From contig MEDY01000178.1 in the NCBI GenBank assembly GCA_001724265.1, positions 1 through 56,445 on the forward strand: DNA of 56,445 nt, given 5' to 3'. The notes beneath the pieces were generated by a model that saw only the letters and a list, made by a program, of their open reading frames with translations, had not been told where the DNA came from and made no database searches. The translations under genes were made by a program, and so were the position numbers. Source of the DNA: Rhizaria sp. SCN 62-66 (lineage: Eukaryota). Of this stretch, positions 22,169-36,784 are shown piece after piece; within the stretch, counting starts at the first letter, position 1, and the number at the start of each line of letters is the position of its first letter.

Positions 22169-25100
22169 TCACTCGTTTTTGGTATTATCAGCACTAGCCC
22201 TGCTTTCGCTGCGGCTGTCATAGTCGCTGTTGCTATAGCTGCAGCTGTAACTGTCACAGCCATCGGAGCCTGTGATCGTGTTGCTGTTGCCCTTCTTACT
22301 GTTTGTGCGAGAGAAACTGCTGCCACAAACACTGCTTCTTTCTGTTGGCGTTGTTTTTACAACTTTTAACGCGACATGGGATGCTGCGGTCGCCATAGCC
22401 GTTCCACCACCACTTGCAGCGCTCGCCAGAGCCGTATCATTGCCAACAGTCGGGGGAGCATCAGCGAGATCATTTGTTGCGCCCTTATGTTGCGCTTTGG
22501 TCAGCTTGTAATGATTAGACTGCGAGCGCAACAGCGAACTGCGCGCAGCGGATTGACTGTGAGATGGTCGGTGACTGTGAGTGACATTGCTGCGTGCGGA
22601 GGGAAGATCTTGAATATCACTGCTTAAGCTGCTACTCGCGCTGCTGAAATCCGCACCAGGCGTGTTTGCACTTGCGTCACTAGTACACAAGGCGAGTTGG
22701 TGATAAATCTTTGCATCATGGGCTGCTCCGATAACTGGAGCAGCAACACCAGCTGCTTTGGAAAGGGAGGCGGCAGTTGCCTTAGTGTGTGCAGATGTTA
22801 CTGGGACAACGCACAGTTGCCTTTCCAGCAAAAAAGGCTTTGCCGCGTTGTTGGTAGTGTTAGCGCCTGTTGCGGCTATGTTTGCATTGCTGGTCTTGTT
22901 AATCGTTGTGCATGCGCGTGCATTTCCACTCGGCGTTTGCGTCCGTGGTTTTACAGCTTCACTCTGGGCTTGCGCTCCCAACTGTGGCTGCATTTTCTGC
23001 TCTTGTTTCTGCTGCGCGACATGCTCACCAATCCAAGGCGTGTTGCGCGGGGGTTGATGCTGTTGGGGCTGCTGATGTTGACGCTTGCTTGACCAGGAGC
23101 GACTTTGACGTAGCGGTAAAATCATGCTGCCCACTTTGTCGTTTTCACTATCTCCAGAGACTGTCTGATTAATGACACCCGTACACTTGTTTGTAACGCC
23201 ATGCCTGCAATCCTAGCTGTTGTCTGCGTCACTGTTGCGAATATAGTTTGGATCAATGCTAGCGGCGCTGCCAGAGTACTGAATACGGCGGTTTGCAGTC
23301 GCCGTGGTGACTCTTGCTGCTGCACCAGTTCTCTCTCTCATGCCAGCCTCCGGTTGCTGTTGAATGGCAGAGCCCGCTTGAATCGGCAATGCAGTGTTAA
23401 GATCAGACGACTGTGAGCCCAACTCGCTGCCGCTGACCAGCAACTGCGAACGCCCGTGGCTCTGTGATAGCGGGCGAGGTGACAGTAACTGGACGGATTC
23501 ATCCCTGTTTTGGTTACTTGCAGCCTCTTCCTGCTCCAGTGTTGCATAATAATACAGCCCAGCTGGCTGCTGCTGGAGTTGAGCTTGCTGCTTGAGCTCA
23601 AACTCAGAGCTTCCGAACGCTGCTTGCCAGTACAGATGGCGGCTCTGCTCTTGCTGCTGCTGTAGCTCAAGTGACGACGGCATTGGTAATGGGCGCAGTA
23701 GCGACGGAGATGTCTCGATAGATGTACCCACATTGTTGCTATTTGCTGTGCTGTTACGAGGCGTCGCGTTAGTAACGATGTTGATCTGTCCCTTGTTGCT
23801 CACAGTCACCGGTAAGCTTAGCATCTTGTCTCCAACACGCGCCCCACCGACATAGCCTTGTTGTCTTTGCGCCTGTGTTGCGTTGGAGAACCCATGGTTG
23901 GCGTGTAAATAGCCCTCGGAGCGCTCCTCTGATAACACGCGCGCTAGCTTACTTGATTGTGGCAGGACGTGCGCACGATGCTGCAACTGAGCGTCCGCAA
24001 ACTGAGACTGCATTGTACACTGATTGACTGGGGTGATTACCAGGGTATTTGCATCAGCTTCAGAATCCGCTGCTGTTGCTGAGGGCATAGTTATACCGTT
24101 CTTACTCACTGTCAACTGCGGGCACAGTCTCTGAATTCTTGGTTCATCACCCTCAGCAGGTTGATGCGTTGCATGAACTTGCTGGAGCGACCGCGACTGC
24201 TGTAGCAGCGGTGCTTTCAGCGACTGCGAACGTGGCGGCAGAAGGCTTTCGTGCTGCAACGGTTGCAGCTGCTTCCTTTGCTGCTGTTTTGGATTTGCTA
24301 AATGCAGCATAACCGACTGGGTTGGTGATGGCGAGTTTGCAGAAACTGACAGCGACGGCGAGGTATGATTATGCTGCGGCAATTTTTGAGAGAGAACATC
24401 ATGAACAGACTGCTGCTGTTGCTCTTTGACTAAATCAAACGACGTGAACAACGGCATCGTCGGCTGGGTCCGTGCAACGAGGGGTGAAGACGCGGTTGAA
24501 CTAAGGCTGCATGCCCGGAGTTGCTGTGGCTGCCACCGAGGCGTGCGACCGACGTTTTGCTTTCGCTGCGCCTCGCTGCTCGCGCTGTCCGGGACAGGAT
24601 GGGGCGTGCACTCGCGGCCTGAGACACTGATAAAGTGACTGTGCGCAGCGGTGTAACCGTGAGCAAGCGGAATTGCAGCGCTTGCTCCACCGGGAGACGC
24701 AAATGCCGGCGCTTGCTGCGTCAGCGGAGACGTAAACAGTGACTCGGATAAGACATCTTCATCATCATTTGTAACGTTGCTACTATCTGCGAGGTTGCCG
24801 TATGTGTAGTAGGTCCTGTTCCTGAGATTATGCTGGCTCTGTCCACCGTCATTCGACTCAAAGTCATTGTTGTTAATGTTGTTGTTGCTCTGCAACAGCA
24901 GACTCTTGTTTCCACCACCGTCAGAGTTGTTACGATCCTCGATAGAACTGTTGCTGCTGTTGTTACTGCCACTGTTCCATACGTCAAAGCAACACGCGCG
25001 CGAGCGGCTCTCGCGCAAACTGCTGGCAGCTAACGCCTTCGCGCCGTTGCTGTTGCCAGTTGTTGAATTCACTGAGCGCGAGCGCTGCGGTTGCACCTGT

Positions 25101-26488
25101 GATTGTTTCTGCAGACTAACCCCACCCCGACTGTCGTCTTGTGTGCTGTCATGGTGGAACAGAACTGCCACAGGAAGCGTTTTGCGCTGTAACCGGGGCG
25201 ACAAGATTAGTCTTTTTGACTGCGGACTTTGTGCGTTGTGCGAGTAGGCGTGTTCACGACTATAAGTGCCAGCGTGGACGCGGCTGGGGCTTGTAAGTGC
25301 GCCGTCGCTGCTGCATGTCGAGATAGAGCTCACGTCGCTGCCGTCACTACTATCGCTATTCTTATCGTGACTACTGTTGCTAGTCGAGCTGCCGGTTGAC
25401 GAGGATTGCAAAAACGGAATAGAGCAGCAGTTGCGGTACATGCGGGATCTCTTCTGCTCACTTGCCCTCGCAACAGACGCAACTGCGGGCAGCCGAGACA
25501 CAGCGTGTCTGCAGCTGTCGGCAGGGCAGGCAGTGCGGGCGTTCGCACCACTACTTGTGCTGCTGCTACGCGCCCCCAAGAGCGCCAGCAACTGCGCTGG
25601 GGACTAAGAGCGCACGTGTAGTTGCTCATGTGCGTGCACAGGCTTAGGCGTATACGGAAGTGCGGTTGCGCCAGCGGCGTCGCTGCCATCTTCGCCGCTT
25701 CGGTACGCAGTCAGTGTGCGCGCAGACACAATGCCCTGGGCAACAACAGGCTCCGCGCTACTCCTGCTGTGCCAAGCGCTATCAGTTACGGTAGCGCCGT
25801 CAAAGCAGCCGCTCGCGTCAATGCCAGGTGCCATCACAGTCTTGTTTGCAACAGCAGCAGCGGCATCCGTGCTCCTGATCTTGCTGCTGTCGTCGCCGCC
25901 GCCGCCGCGGCCGTCGCTGCTGCTGCTCCTGATAATGTCACCGTTATTGTTGACGTCGTTGCTGCAAATTGTGTTGTTCTTAGTGAGCATGTCGAGAAGC
26001 GTTTCATTCTCTTGGTCCCCATCACACTTATGAGCGCTTGATTCGTTGAGTTTCCCAGTCTTGCCGTCGGTCGCTGTTATCACGATGGCAGGCGAGGAGG
26101 GCTGCCACAGCGTGAAACTCGCCGCCTCGCTGTAGGTCTGGGCGGCGTGACTGTGGGCCGGGTGCCAGTAGGGCGGTGGCGGCGGCGACAGAAAAGGACG
26201 GCGGCTGATGCCACTACCGACACCGGTCCTGACGAGAGTGTCTTGGCCGCTATTGATAGCGATACTGTCTGGTCCGTCAGAGTGGCCGCTATCGTCATTG
26301 CTGCTACTGCTGTTCAGCGAGTGGTTGTTACATGGTAACATCGATCCATTTTGCCGCTGCTCGTAGTCGCTCTCCGAGCTGTTGTTTGGCGTAACATCGG
26401 AGAACCGGCGCTGACGCACAGCGTGCGCGTTCGACCTGAGCGACGGGACATGCGCAGCACTCAGCGGGCTGCTGACATCGTTGCCCAT
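22169..26488 (-). CDS. Intronless Ser/Gln/Asn-rich disordered protein (~1439 aa) with a possible N-myristoylation signal and two in-frame TAG codons
   Basis: ORFs 25604..26557, 23213..25591 and 22169..23134 are one reading frame broken only by TAG at 25606-25604 and 23215-23213. ATG at 26488 gives MGNDVSS. Stop TGA. No frameshift and no AT-rich intron. Confidence 0.62.
23213..23215 (-). other. In-frame TAG codon (candidate sense codon)
   Basis: GAC AAC AGC TAG GAT TGC AGG = DNS*DCR. The frame then stays open ~347 codons to TGA. Confidence 0.65.
25604..25606 (-). other. In-frame TAG codon (candidate sense codon)
   Basis: GTG CGC TCT TAG TCC CCA GCG CAG = VRS*SPAQ. The frame then stays open ~796 codons. 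Confidence 0.65.
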
Positions 26489-27289
26489 ACCGCTTGTCTG
26501 TGCGTTACAGCGACTTAGAACGCACTGGAAGCAGCGGAGTCGCCTATAATGTGTCAACAGGATCGCCTGATGACCGAGATCGAGCTATGCAAGGCGATGC
26601 CAAGAGGAATAAGTCGCAGATCGGGCTATCAAGCGGTCAAACCAACAATAAAAGTCGTTACCCACAAGATTTAACCAATGACACACTATTTTAAGAATGT
26701 CGAGCACACGTGAAATGGCTCTTTAAAGGACGCAGTTGTGATATAAAGTCAGTTTGATTCGAGTTCAAGTTGTTGCCATGGCACACAGGTCGAACACAGT
26801 GAAAATAACATTAGCGTTAATTTTGAAAGTATTTCTGAATAGGAATTGACTTTAAAATCTGTTTGCATAACAAAGCAAGCGCAATGACGGAGAATATCAT
26901 GCTCGCTTCAGCCTTGATAATCGCATTAGAACTTGGACCACAACAAAGCTGAGCAACTTGAAGCTAGGTAGGTCAAGGCCACCGCAGTCCACAGTCAAAT
27001 TGTTTTGAAATATTGTGCGCTAATGAGTGTTTGTATTTATAATCGTCGTAAACATTATATATTGAGATCTGAGTATATTATCTTCATTCTCGATCAATTC
27101 ATCCTCTGACACACAACGAGACATGGGAGTGCCCGTAAATATATCAACAGAAGTAAAAATCCACATGTCCCCACTTCTTCAAGTCTTAAAAACACTTTCC
27201 AAGTCCTGAAACAAGCCGAGACCTCCCCACGTCCACCTAAATTTTTCAAGTCAGGTCACAGGTAAACACATACCCGCCTGTTGACTTGC

Positions 27290-29713
<2,424 letters not shown>

Positions 29714-30343
29714 AGCGCAAACTAAGAGGTATTCGAGCAAAAAGAGATCAGATACAACGCGGAAGATGAATGAGGTGATATTCGGGGTGAGAGGCAGCAG
29801 TTGGGATTCGTCAGGTGTGTGACGAGATGCTTCCAAGATTCGGCTCCTAACAACGCATCAATCGCAAAAATCGCACCGCATCAAAATGGAATAATACACA
29901 GCAGAGCCCGTTCTGCTAACATGCACTGGTCGCATGCACTTAGAACCCACCGAGCGCTCGCACGAGACTGATCCGAATTGCAGCCCGAGATCTTGACTGG
30001 CTTGCCGATGGTCGGTCTGCGACCGTTTGTGGTGGCTGGGCCGACTCTGCCCACGGTCGTCGGTCTGGTGCTCAGTGCGGCTTGTTTTCGGCACCGGCGC
30101 CGCGGCCGCCCATTTTGCCGCTCTATGCATCGCTGTTCTTCTTCTTTTCATTTTTAGATTTTATTTATATTAAGACTACACATCGTTACATCTTGTCTGT
30201 TATTTGTATTGCTATACTCGACGTATCTCTGTGAGGGGGCTTTGATTTTGTGCGTCCTCTTGTGACCAACGACAGAGCTGCACTGTTTACCATCTCATCG
30301 TTTCCTTGGCCTTGCCTTTGTACTTTTCTTTTCTGCAGTCGTG
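29714..30343. promoter_or_regulatory. Divergent intergenic region between enolase and the mitochondrial-type gene
   Basis: 630 bp between opposing ATGs, with a central GC-rich island at ~29950-30120. Confidence 0.45.
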
Positions 30344-32047
30344 ATGCTGAGCAAGACCACGTCTTCCCTCGCCCGTTCCGCGGCGCAGGTTGGTCGTATC
30401 TTCAGCGTTGCCCTCCCTGCGACTGCGGTCTCGAGCAGCAGCAGTGCCAGCTCCACCGCTGCCCTCGCTTCCGCCTCTCTCACTTCCGCCTTCACGTCCC
30501 CCGCCGCGTCGGCTGCCCTGACCTACGCGCCGACCCGCTTCTACTCGCTCGGTAAGTGGGCGACGGACCTGCGCCGCAAGCAGGCCGAGAAGCGCGCAAT
30601 TTCCGCCGCCGGCCGCGCCAAGCGCGCCGCGTGGCTGGAGAAGAACCCACCTGTGGAGTCCGTGCACGAGGCCCGCAAGCGCGCCGCCATCGATGCCACC
30701 TTCCCCAAGGCCGTCTTCATCACCATGCTCTTCGCTGCACGTGACCCCAAGCGCGTCCGGACGCTGCTGCGCGACATTGACGAGGCGGCGAAGACGGTCC
30801 CGCTGCTGTCGCGCGAGGTGACGCTCATCCTCCAGGCGCTGCGCCGCTTCCCCGAGCACACTAAGTACGCCTTCGACCTCTTCCAGCGCTCGGTGACGAA
30901 CCCTGCGCTGTACATTGAGTCTCGCACGCTGATCGCGATCAAGGACATCGCCGAGAACGGCCACAAGTACCACGCTTGGCTCGAGCTCGAGACAGCCCAC
31001 CAGCGCCTGTTCCCTCGCGGCACGACCAACTGGCTCGGTGAGCACGTCACGCCCGAAGTCACGGGCTCCTTCACGCTCGCGCCTATGGCCGAGCTGCTCG
31101 CGCGCGACTCTACCCCCGAGGAGGTGATCAAGATGATCGCCGCCAAGCGCGCCGCGCAGGCCACCTCCGGCCGCGAGGTCCTACCCAAGACCATCATCAA
31201 CGCCGCGCTCGCGCACTTCAAGCTCGGCCAGACGGACAAGGCGCTCGCGGAGATGTGGACCTTCTGGTCGCTCGCCGGCTTCACCACGGGCCCCGACGCC
31301 GTGCCCGCGCCGTTCGCGCCCGTCAAGGCCTTCTTCCGCCCCCAGTGGCAGTTCACGCGCGCCGACCTGCCCGTGAACCTCAACAGCATGATTGCGCTGT
31401 CCTCGGCCTGCGAGCGCGCGGGCCAGTTCTCCGCTGCGCTGGCCAACCTCGCCATGGCGCGCACGTATCTCGACAAGGTCGACCACGCGGGGCTCCGCGA
31501 GGTCACGCCCGCGGGCCGCGCGCGCGACTACTACGACCTCTCGCACCTCGGCGCCGACACCATCAACCAGGTGATGCGCCTGACCTTCGTGGAGATGCGC
31601 ATCCGCCGCGCGATGGCGGCCGCGATGGCCGCACTGCCGCAGGACAAGCGCCCCGTGACCCAGAACCCGCCTGGCGCGTTCCCCTCGTCCTCGCCGTTCC
31701 TCAGCTCTGCGGTCGAGGACGTGGTGATCCTGACGGACCGCTCCTTCGCGCTCACCAAGGCGCCCAAGGACAACGGCCCGCTCGTGCGCAAGTTTATGGC
31801 CAACGGTGCGGGGCTGTTCGGCGTGGACCGCATCAACGTCAACACGTCGTGTTTCTCCGCGCTCTCTGGCACCGGCGACGCCGAACTCAAGGCCAAGGCC
31901 GAGCTCGAGGCCAGCGCGCGCGCCGGCAAGGGCGACGACCGCCAGCTGATGCGCCCCGATCGCACCGTGATCGTGACCAAGGAGGTGATCGAGGCCGCGC
32001 TCGACCGCTCCAGCAAGGCTATCAAGGAGGCTAAGTATCCCTTCTAA
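30344..32047 (+). CDS. Intronless 567-aa helical protein with a probable mitochondrial targeting presequence; function unknown
   Basis: N-terminal ~65 aa are Ser/Ala/Arg-rich, lack acidic residues and end ..PTRFYS (R-3-like cleavage pattern). Strong codon bias. Stop TAA. Confidence 0.8.
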   Translation: MLSKTTSSLARSAAQVGRIFSVALPATAVSSSSSASSTAALASASLTSAFTSPAASAALTYAPTRFYSLGKWATDLRRKQAEKRAISAAGRAKRAAWLEKNPPVESVHEARKRAAIDATFPKAVFITMLFAARDPKRVRTLLRDIDEAAKTVPLLSREVTLILQALRRFPEHTKYAFDLFQRSVTNPALYIESRTLIAIKDIAENGHKYHAWLELETAHQRLFPRGTTNWLGEHVTPEVTGSFTLAPMAELLARDSTPEEVIKMIAAKRAAQATSGREVLPKTIINAALAHFKLGQTDKALAEMWTFWSLAGFTTGPDAVPAPFAPVKAFFRPQWQFTRADLPVNLNSMIALSSACERAGQFSAALANLAMARTYLDKVDHAGLREVTPAGRARDYYDLSHLGADTINQVMRLTFVEMRIRRAMAAAMAALPQDKRPVTQNPPGAFPSSSPFLSSAVEDVVILTDRSFALTKAPKDNGPLVRKFMANGAGLFGVDRINVNTSCFSALSGTGDAELKAKAELEASARAGKGDDRQLMRPDRTVIVTKEVIEAALDRSSKAIKEAKYPF

Positions 32048-32846
32048 GTACCACACACGTCTAAGCGCCGCGTTAACTGAAGGGTGCGTTTGTTTGGTGG
32101 GAAATCGAGTCCTTGTCAACGCAGATGCGAACGGTGCAGCGGGAGTGCGCTGGTTTTGACTGTCGTTTGTGTGTGTGAGTGAGAACGCCGTTTGCGGATC
32201 ACTACACGCGCAGCAGTCAGTCAATAACCAATCACACTCTCCAGATTCAAGCCAACAAGCTATATCAGAATTGGACATAGCTTGAATTACTTCAAAGTAA
32301 GTCATGAACGCTTGATGGAATCCACATGGTTTTGACAAGGACGAACAACAGACTCGACATTGCTTCATCAACGGCGACACACGTTTCGTTGGTGCTGGTA
32401 TTGCAATGGAAGGTTTGTTATATTTACAGAGAAGATCATAGAAGAGCTGGTGTGTGTGGCTATTATTATTATATTCAGTATTATATTCTATTTTTACGTT
32501 TTCGTTGTGTATTTCTCTCCGCCAGTGCCTTTGTGTCAGTTTAACATGTGTTTGTCGCTGTCACACCAGCAACAACATTTGTGGAACAAAAAGTCGAAAA
32601 ACCTCTCAAAAAACAAGACGTGTGGTATTGTTTAAACAAAGAACATAACAATTCACATGATATTATATATATATACAAAGCTTTATTAAATACGATTACA
32701 TGGATCAAAACGAAAAGGTCGACTCTGAAGGGCATGCATAGTAACGACTGACCATCAGACTTAAAAAGCTCACAATCAAAGGAGACTTAAATCAACGACT
32801 ATGTAACGGATATACCACACTTGTCAGTGTTTACAGATTGACGAGC

Positions 32847-35800
32847 TCAAGCATAACCACCATCATTGTTATACTCGTTATTATAACCGCCATCGTTGTT
32901 GTTATAACCGTCATGGTAGCCACCGACATGATGGCCGTTGTTATTGTTGTACGCCTGGCCGTTGTCCTGGTAGGGGTGCTCGTATCCGCCGAAGACATCC
33001 TGCCCCGCGTGCTGGTGGCTCGGGTACACCAGACTCGACTCGACCGCGAAGTCCTCGCTCACTCCGTGGTGGCCGTTGTTGTCGAGACCGTGGCTGCCAT
33101 CGTTGTAATAGCCAGCTCCGCTATTATAGCCTCCGTGGTGGTGGTTGCCATGGTCGTAGCCGCCGCTGTGGTTGTCATACTCGTTCGCGCCGCCGGTATA
33201 ATTGTTGCTGCCGTGGTTGCCTTGGCTGCTTGGCGTCTCATAGCCCGCGCCGCCACTGCCGCCAACCCTCCTGCTCGCAGCAGCGGCGCCGACGCTGGCC
33301 TGCTTGGGCACTGCAGGCTTCTTCTCGCCGCCCGCCGCCGCCCCCGCGCCCTTGCTGCTGTAGTCAGCCTTGGCGCCCATGTAGTCGTAGCGGCTGCCGC
33401 CGCGCCCGCCCAGCGGCGGCACTACCTTCTTCACCGCAGACCCCGGCACGCTCGCACCGTTGCTACTGCCATCGTTAGCCGAAGTGTTTGAGCCGGGGCG
33501 GGTGGTGGCGCTGCGGCGGCCGGCGACAACCGTGCTGTTGTTGCCCCCGCTGGCGGCGCCGGGCTTGCCGCTGGCGGCGCCCGCGCCCGCGCCCGCACTG
33601 GCGCTGCCCTGGCGGCGGCCGGCCGAGCCCTTGCCGCCGCCGAGCGAGGTCGCGCCTGGGGCGCTGTCGCCGGCCAGCAGCTCCGCCAGAGCGTCAGCGC
33701 CGCCGCCGCCGCTGCTGTTGTCCGCGCCGGGGCCGCCGGGAGCGCGGCGCTGCATGGCGGGGCCGTTGCCGTTGCCGCTGCCGCTGGGGGCGCGGCGGGG
33801 CGCCCCGGGGTGACCGTGAGCCGCAGGGTTCGCGCCAGAGCCCGGGGCAACGATGCTCATGCCACCCCCGCCACCGCCGTGGTTGCTGTAGCCGTTGTTG
33901 TAGTCGCCGTTGTAGCTGCCGTCGTCGCCGTGGGCGTTGTCGTAGTTATACTGCTGCTGCTGCTGCGGCAGCGGCTGCTGCGGCTGGTTGCCCATGGGGG
34001 TGTTGATGTTCATGTTCACGTTCGGGTTGTTGTTGTTAAAGCCGTTGTTCATGGCATTATTGTTGTTGTACTGAGGCTGAACAGGAGTGTACATACCACC
34101 ACCAACATTGTTGTTCTGAGGACCGTTGCGCATGGCCATGTTATGAGCGTTGCTCATGTTCACGTTGTTGTTTTGCATCGTGTTATTATTGTTGCTGTTA
34201 ATGTTATGCGCGTTCATGGGCGTGCCGCGGGCCATAGCCAGCTCGCGCTCGGCCTTGCGCAGGTCCTCAAGGGCCTCCGCGTCCGCGCGGGCCTTCTCCG
34301 CCTCGCGCGCGATGCGGCGCTCCTCGATCTGCGCGAGGTGGTTCGCAAAAATTGTCAATCATAACGAGTTCGTTCATGTACGTTTGTGTGAGATGTGATT
34401 TACAAATCAAAGTTCAATCAAGATATGACACAAAACAAATCCGTTCCGAGAAATGATATGCAGTTCAAGCAGCTTCATTTGATTGCAATGGGGGAATATG
34501 GATAAAGGAGTCTGTCCGTACCTGCTGTTCCAGCGCGCGGCGGTTCTCGGCCTTCTTGCGCGCCTCGATCGCGGCCGCGCTGTTCGAGTCCACGGTGAAG
34601 TTGGAGGAGATCGAGCTGTCGCCGCCGGGGGTGCGGCGGCCGGCCGCGGGCGGTTGCGCGTACATCTGACCCGGGGTACCGTTGAGGTAGCCCGCGTTGC
34701 CGTCGTTGTAGCCTTGGTTCCAGCCGTTGTTGTAGCCCATGGTGCTGTTGTTGTTGCCAGAGCCCATGGCAGAGCCGAAGACAGTCGACGACATGGCTTG
34801 ACGCCTGTTGGCCGCCACATCGTTGCCCGCACCAGCGCCAGCGCCGGGGCCGGGGGCGTATGCGCCGTGCTGGCCTTGCAATCCTTGGGGCCCTTGCTGC
34901 TGCTGCTGGCGCTGCTGCTGCAGCTCGAGCTGGCGCAACTGCGCTTGGAGCTGCGCGATCTGCTCGTTCGCAGCGCCACTCCCGCCGCCCTGGCTGTTAC
35001 CGCTGTTATTATAGCCCCCGGGGCCCGCGTTGGCGCTGACATTGGCACCCACGGGGGTACTCATGGGGTTCGCGTTCAATCCGGAGCGAGGGCGACCCAT
35101 GACCACGGGCTGCACCGGGTACTGCGGCGTCGACCGGCCGTTGCCGCCGTTCATACCGTTGTTGCTGTGGTTACTGGTCCCCTGCTGCTGTTGCTTTTCG
35201 CGCATCTGCTGGTCGAGCATGTCGCGCTGGCGGATGATCGACGCGGCGCGTTCGCGCTGCTGCTGTTGTTGCCAAGTCTCGCCCGGCACCGGACCACCGC
35301 CCAGCGTGGCGTTGTTGCCGGCAGCGCCGCTGCTGTAGCTGTTCATCGGGCCGTTGATGTTGTTTTGGCCGGGGGAGGCGGGGGCGCCGAAGATGGAGGA
35401 CGTGCCGCCGGGGGGCTGTCGCACGCGCGCGTTGCCGCCTACAGTCGCGTTGTTGTAGTTATTCTGTGTGGGGGTGGCAGAGGGGCCGTTGTGCGCGTAG
35501 CCGCCGCCCGTCGCGCCATAGTTCGCGTTCGCATTGTACCCGCCCGCAGCGTTACTGCCGTGGGCTTGCCCCTGACCGTGGCCGTGGCCGTGGCTGTTAT
35601 AGTTGTTGTGACTCGAGCTCGGCGTGGGATGGCTGTTCGCGGGAGGCGCACCCTGGACGAACGTGATGGCGCCCAGTCCTGGAACCGACGCGGGCGCGCT
35701 CACATACGCGCCGCCGCCGCCGCTGCCACTATATCCGCCGCCGTTGTGCGAGCTGGAGCCGGGCATAACGACCGAGTGGGGGATTTGGGCGACGGCCACG

Positions 35801-36144
35801 ACGGGCTGGTTCGACGGCCCGCGGACGCCGCCGCGCGCGCCCGGCACGGGCTTCGCGCGGTTCAGCGCCGTGCCTCCGCCCATAGTCGACTTGACGACGG
35901 CGTAGGCGTCGGGGTCGGCGCCAGTGCGCGCGCCCGCGCCGGAGGCAGAGGAGGCGGCCGCGCCAGCTTTGGAGCCGGGCTTGCTGGCCTGCTGGGCCTG
36001 CATAAGAAGCGCGTACTTGGGGTGACCGGGCTTAATGGCGGATGCAGCGCCAAAGGCCTGCTCTGATGGAGCAGGCGCAGAGCCGCGGGAAGCGCCAGAG
36101 CGGGGCTTCGAAGCCACGCCGAGGCTGGGGTCAATGCGGCTCAT
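32847..36144 (-). CDS. Putative microtubule/centrosome-associated protein (~1034 aa, 2 exons) with PGG motifs and a CCDC66/CSPP1-like coiled segment
   Basis: Exons 36144-34522 and 34328-32847 (GTACGG..CAG, phase 0). Contains RVRQPPGGTSSIFG, RRTPGGDSSI and RKKAENRRALEQQ|IEERRIAREAEKARADAE. Stop TGA. The function is inferred from motif resemblance only. Confidence 0.7.
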
Positions 36145-36784
36145 CTGCAAGCCGTTGGAGGAAAATAAATTTGGATGAAAGAGAGTGTATATTGACTGTG
36201 ATGGATTTGGGCTAAATATAAATGTAGACACGTACTATTTAATGCATGAGGTAAGATGGAAATTAAATTGGCGATGAGATAGCGAAGATATAGAAGCTTG
36301 AAGTTCAACAGCCAATTCAAATAACGGCTAGCGTTCGTCACCATATAGTCACACACCGCCAACAGCAATAAGTGTGGAGAAAAGAGCGTTCATAGGCTAA
36401 AATAATAGTTTCCGATGGGCTCAGTGGACAAATCTCTGGAATGTTATGTCTTACATGCTCACGTGTATACAGCCAAAACAATACTTTGAAGATTCTTGAT
36501 TAATGCGTGATATCGCAGCCATTTTTCTTGAGGACGTTACTGCCGTTCAAGCGAACAACATGCATGACACACCTCTTCTCTCTCTCTCTCCTCCAGAGAT
36601 GATCAATCAATACAATATCATAATGTGTGCTTTAAAAAAAGGCTATCTTATATTAATAGTGTAACCAACAATTGTGGTTTCTAGGTATATCCGGAGTCCC
36701 CGAGCAATTTTCCAAATCACAAAACATGGACTTTGTTGTTACAATTACGTCACTAACTCCAAATCGAAAATAAGAATACTGTTG

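Noticed and set aside
13348-25606. Selenocysteine or pyrrolysine recoding as the explanation for the internal stops
   Set aside because: Sec uses TGA, not TAG. Pyrrolysine is not known in eukaryotes, and the sites lie in disordered, non-catalytic contexts.
25592-25615. 12- or 24-nt mini-intron (GTGCGC..TAG/CAG) that would remove the TAG at 25606
   Set aside because: All supported introns are at least 146 nt and AT-rich, and the other two TAG sites lack an in-frame mini-intron with a consensus donor. Disfavoured, but not formally excluded without cDNA.
29950-30120. GC-rich stem (CGACCGT..ACGGTCG) as a possible ncRNA or suppressor tRNA
   Set aside because: No tRNA D/T arms or CTA anticodon loop are visible. 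A promoter island is the simpler explanation.
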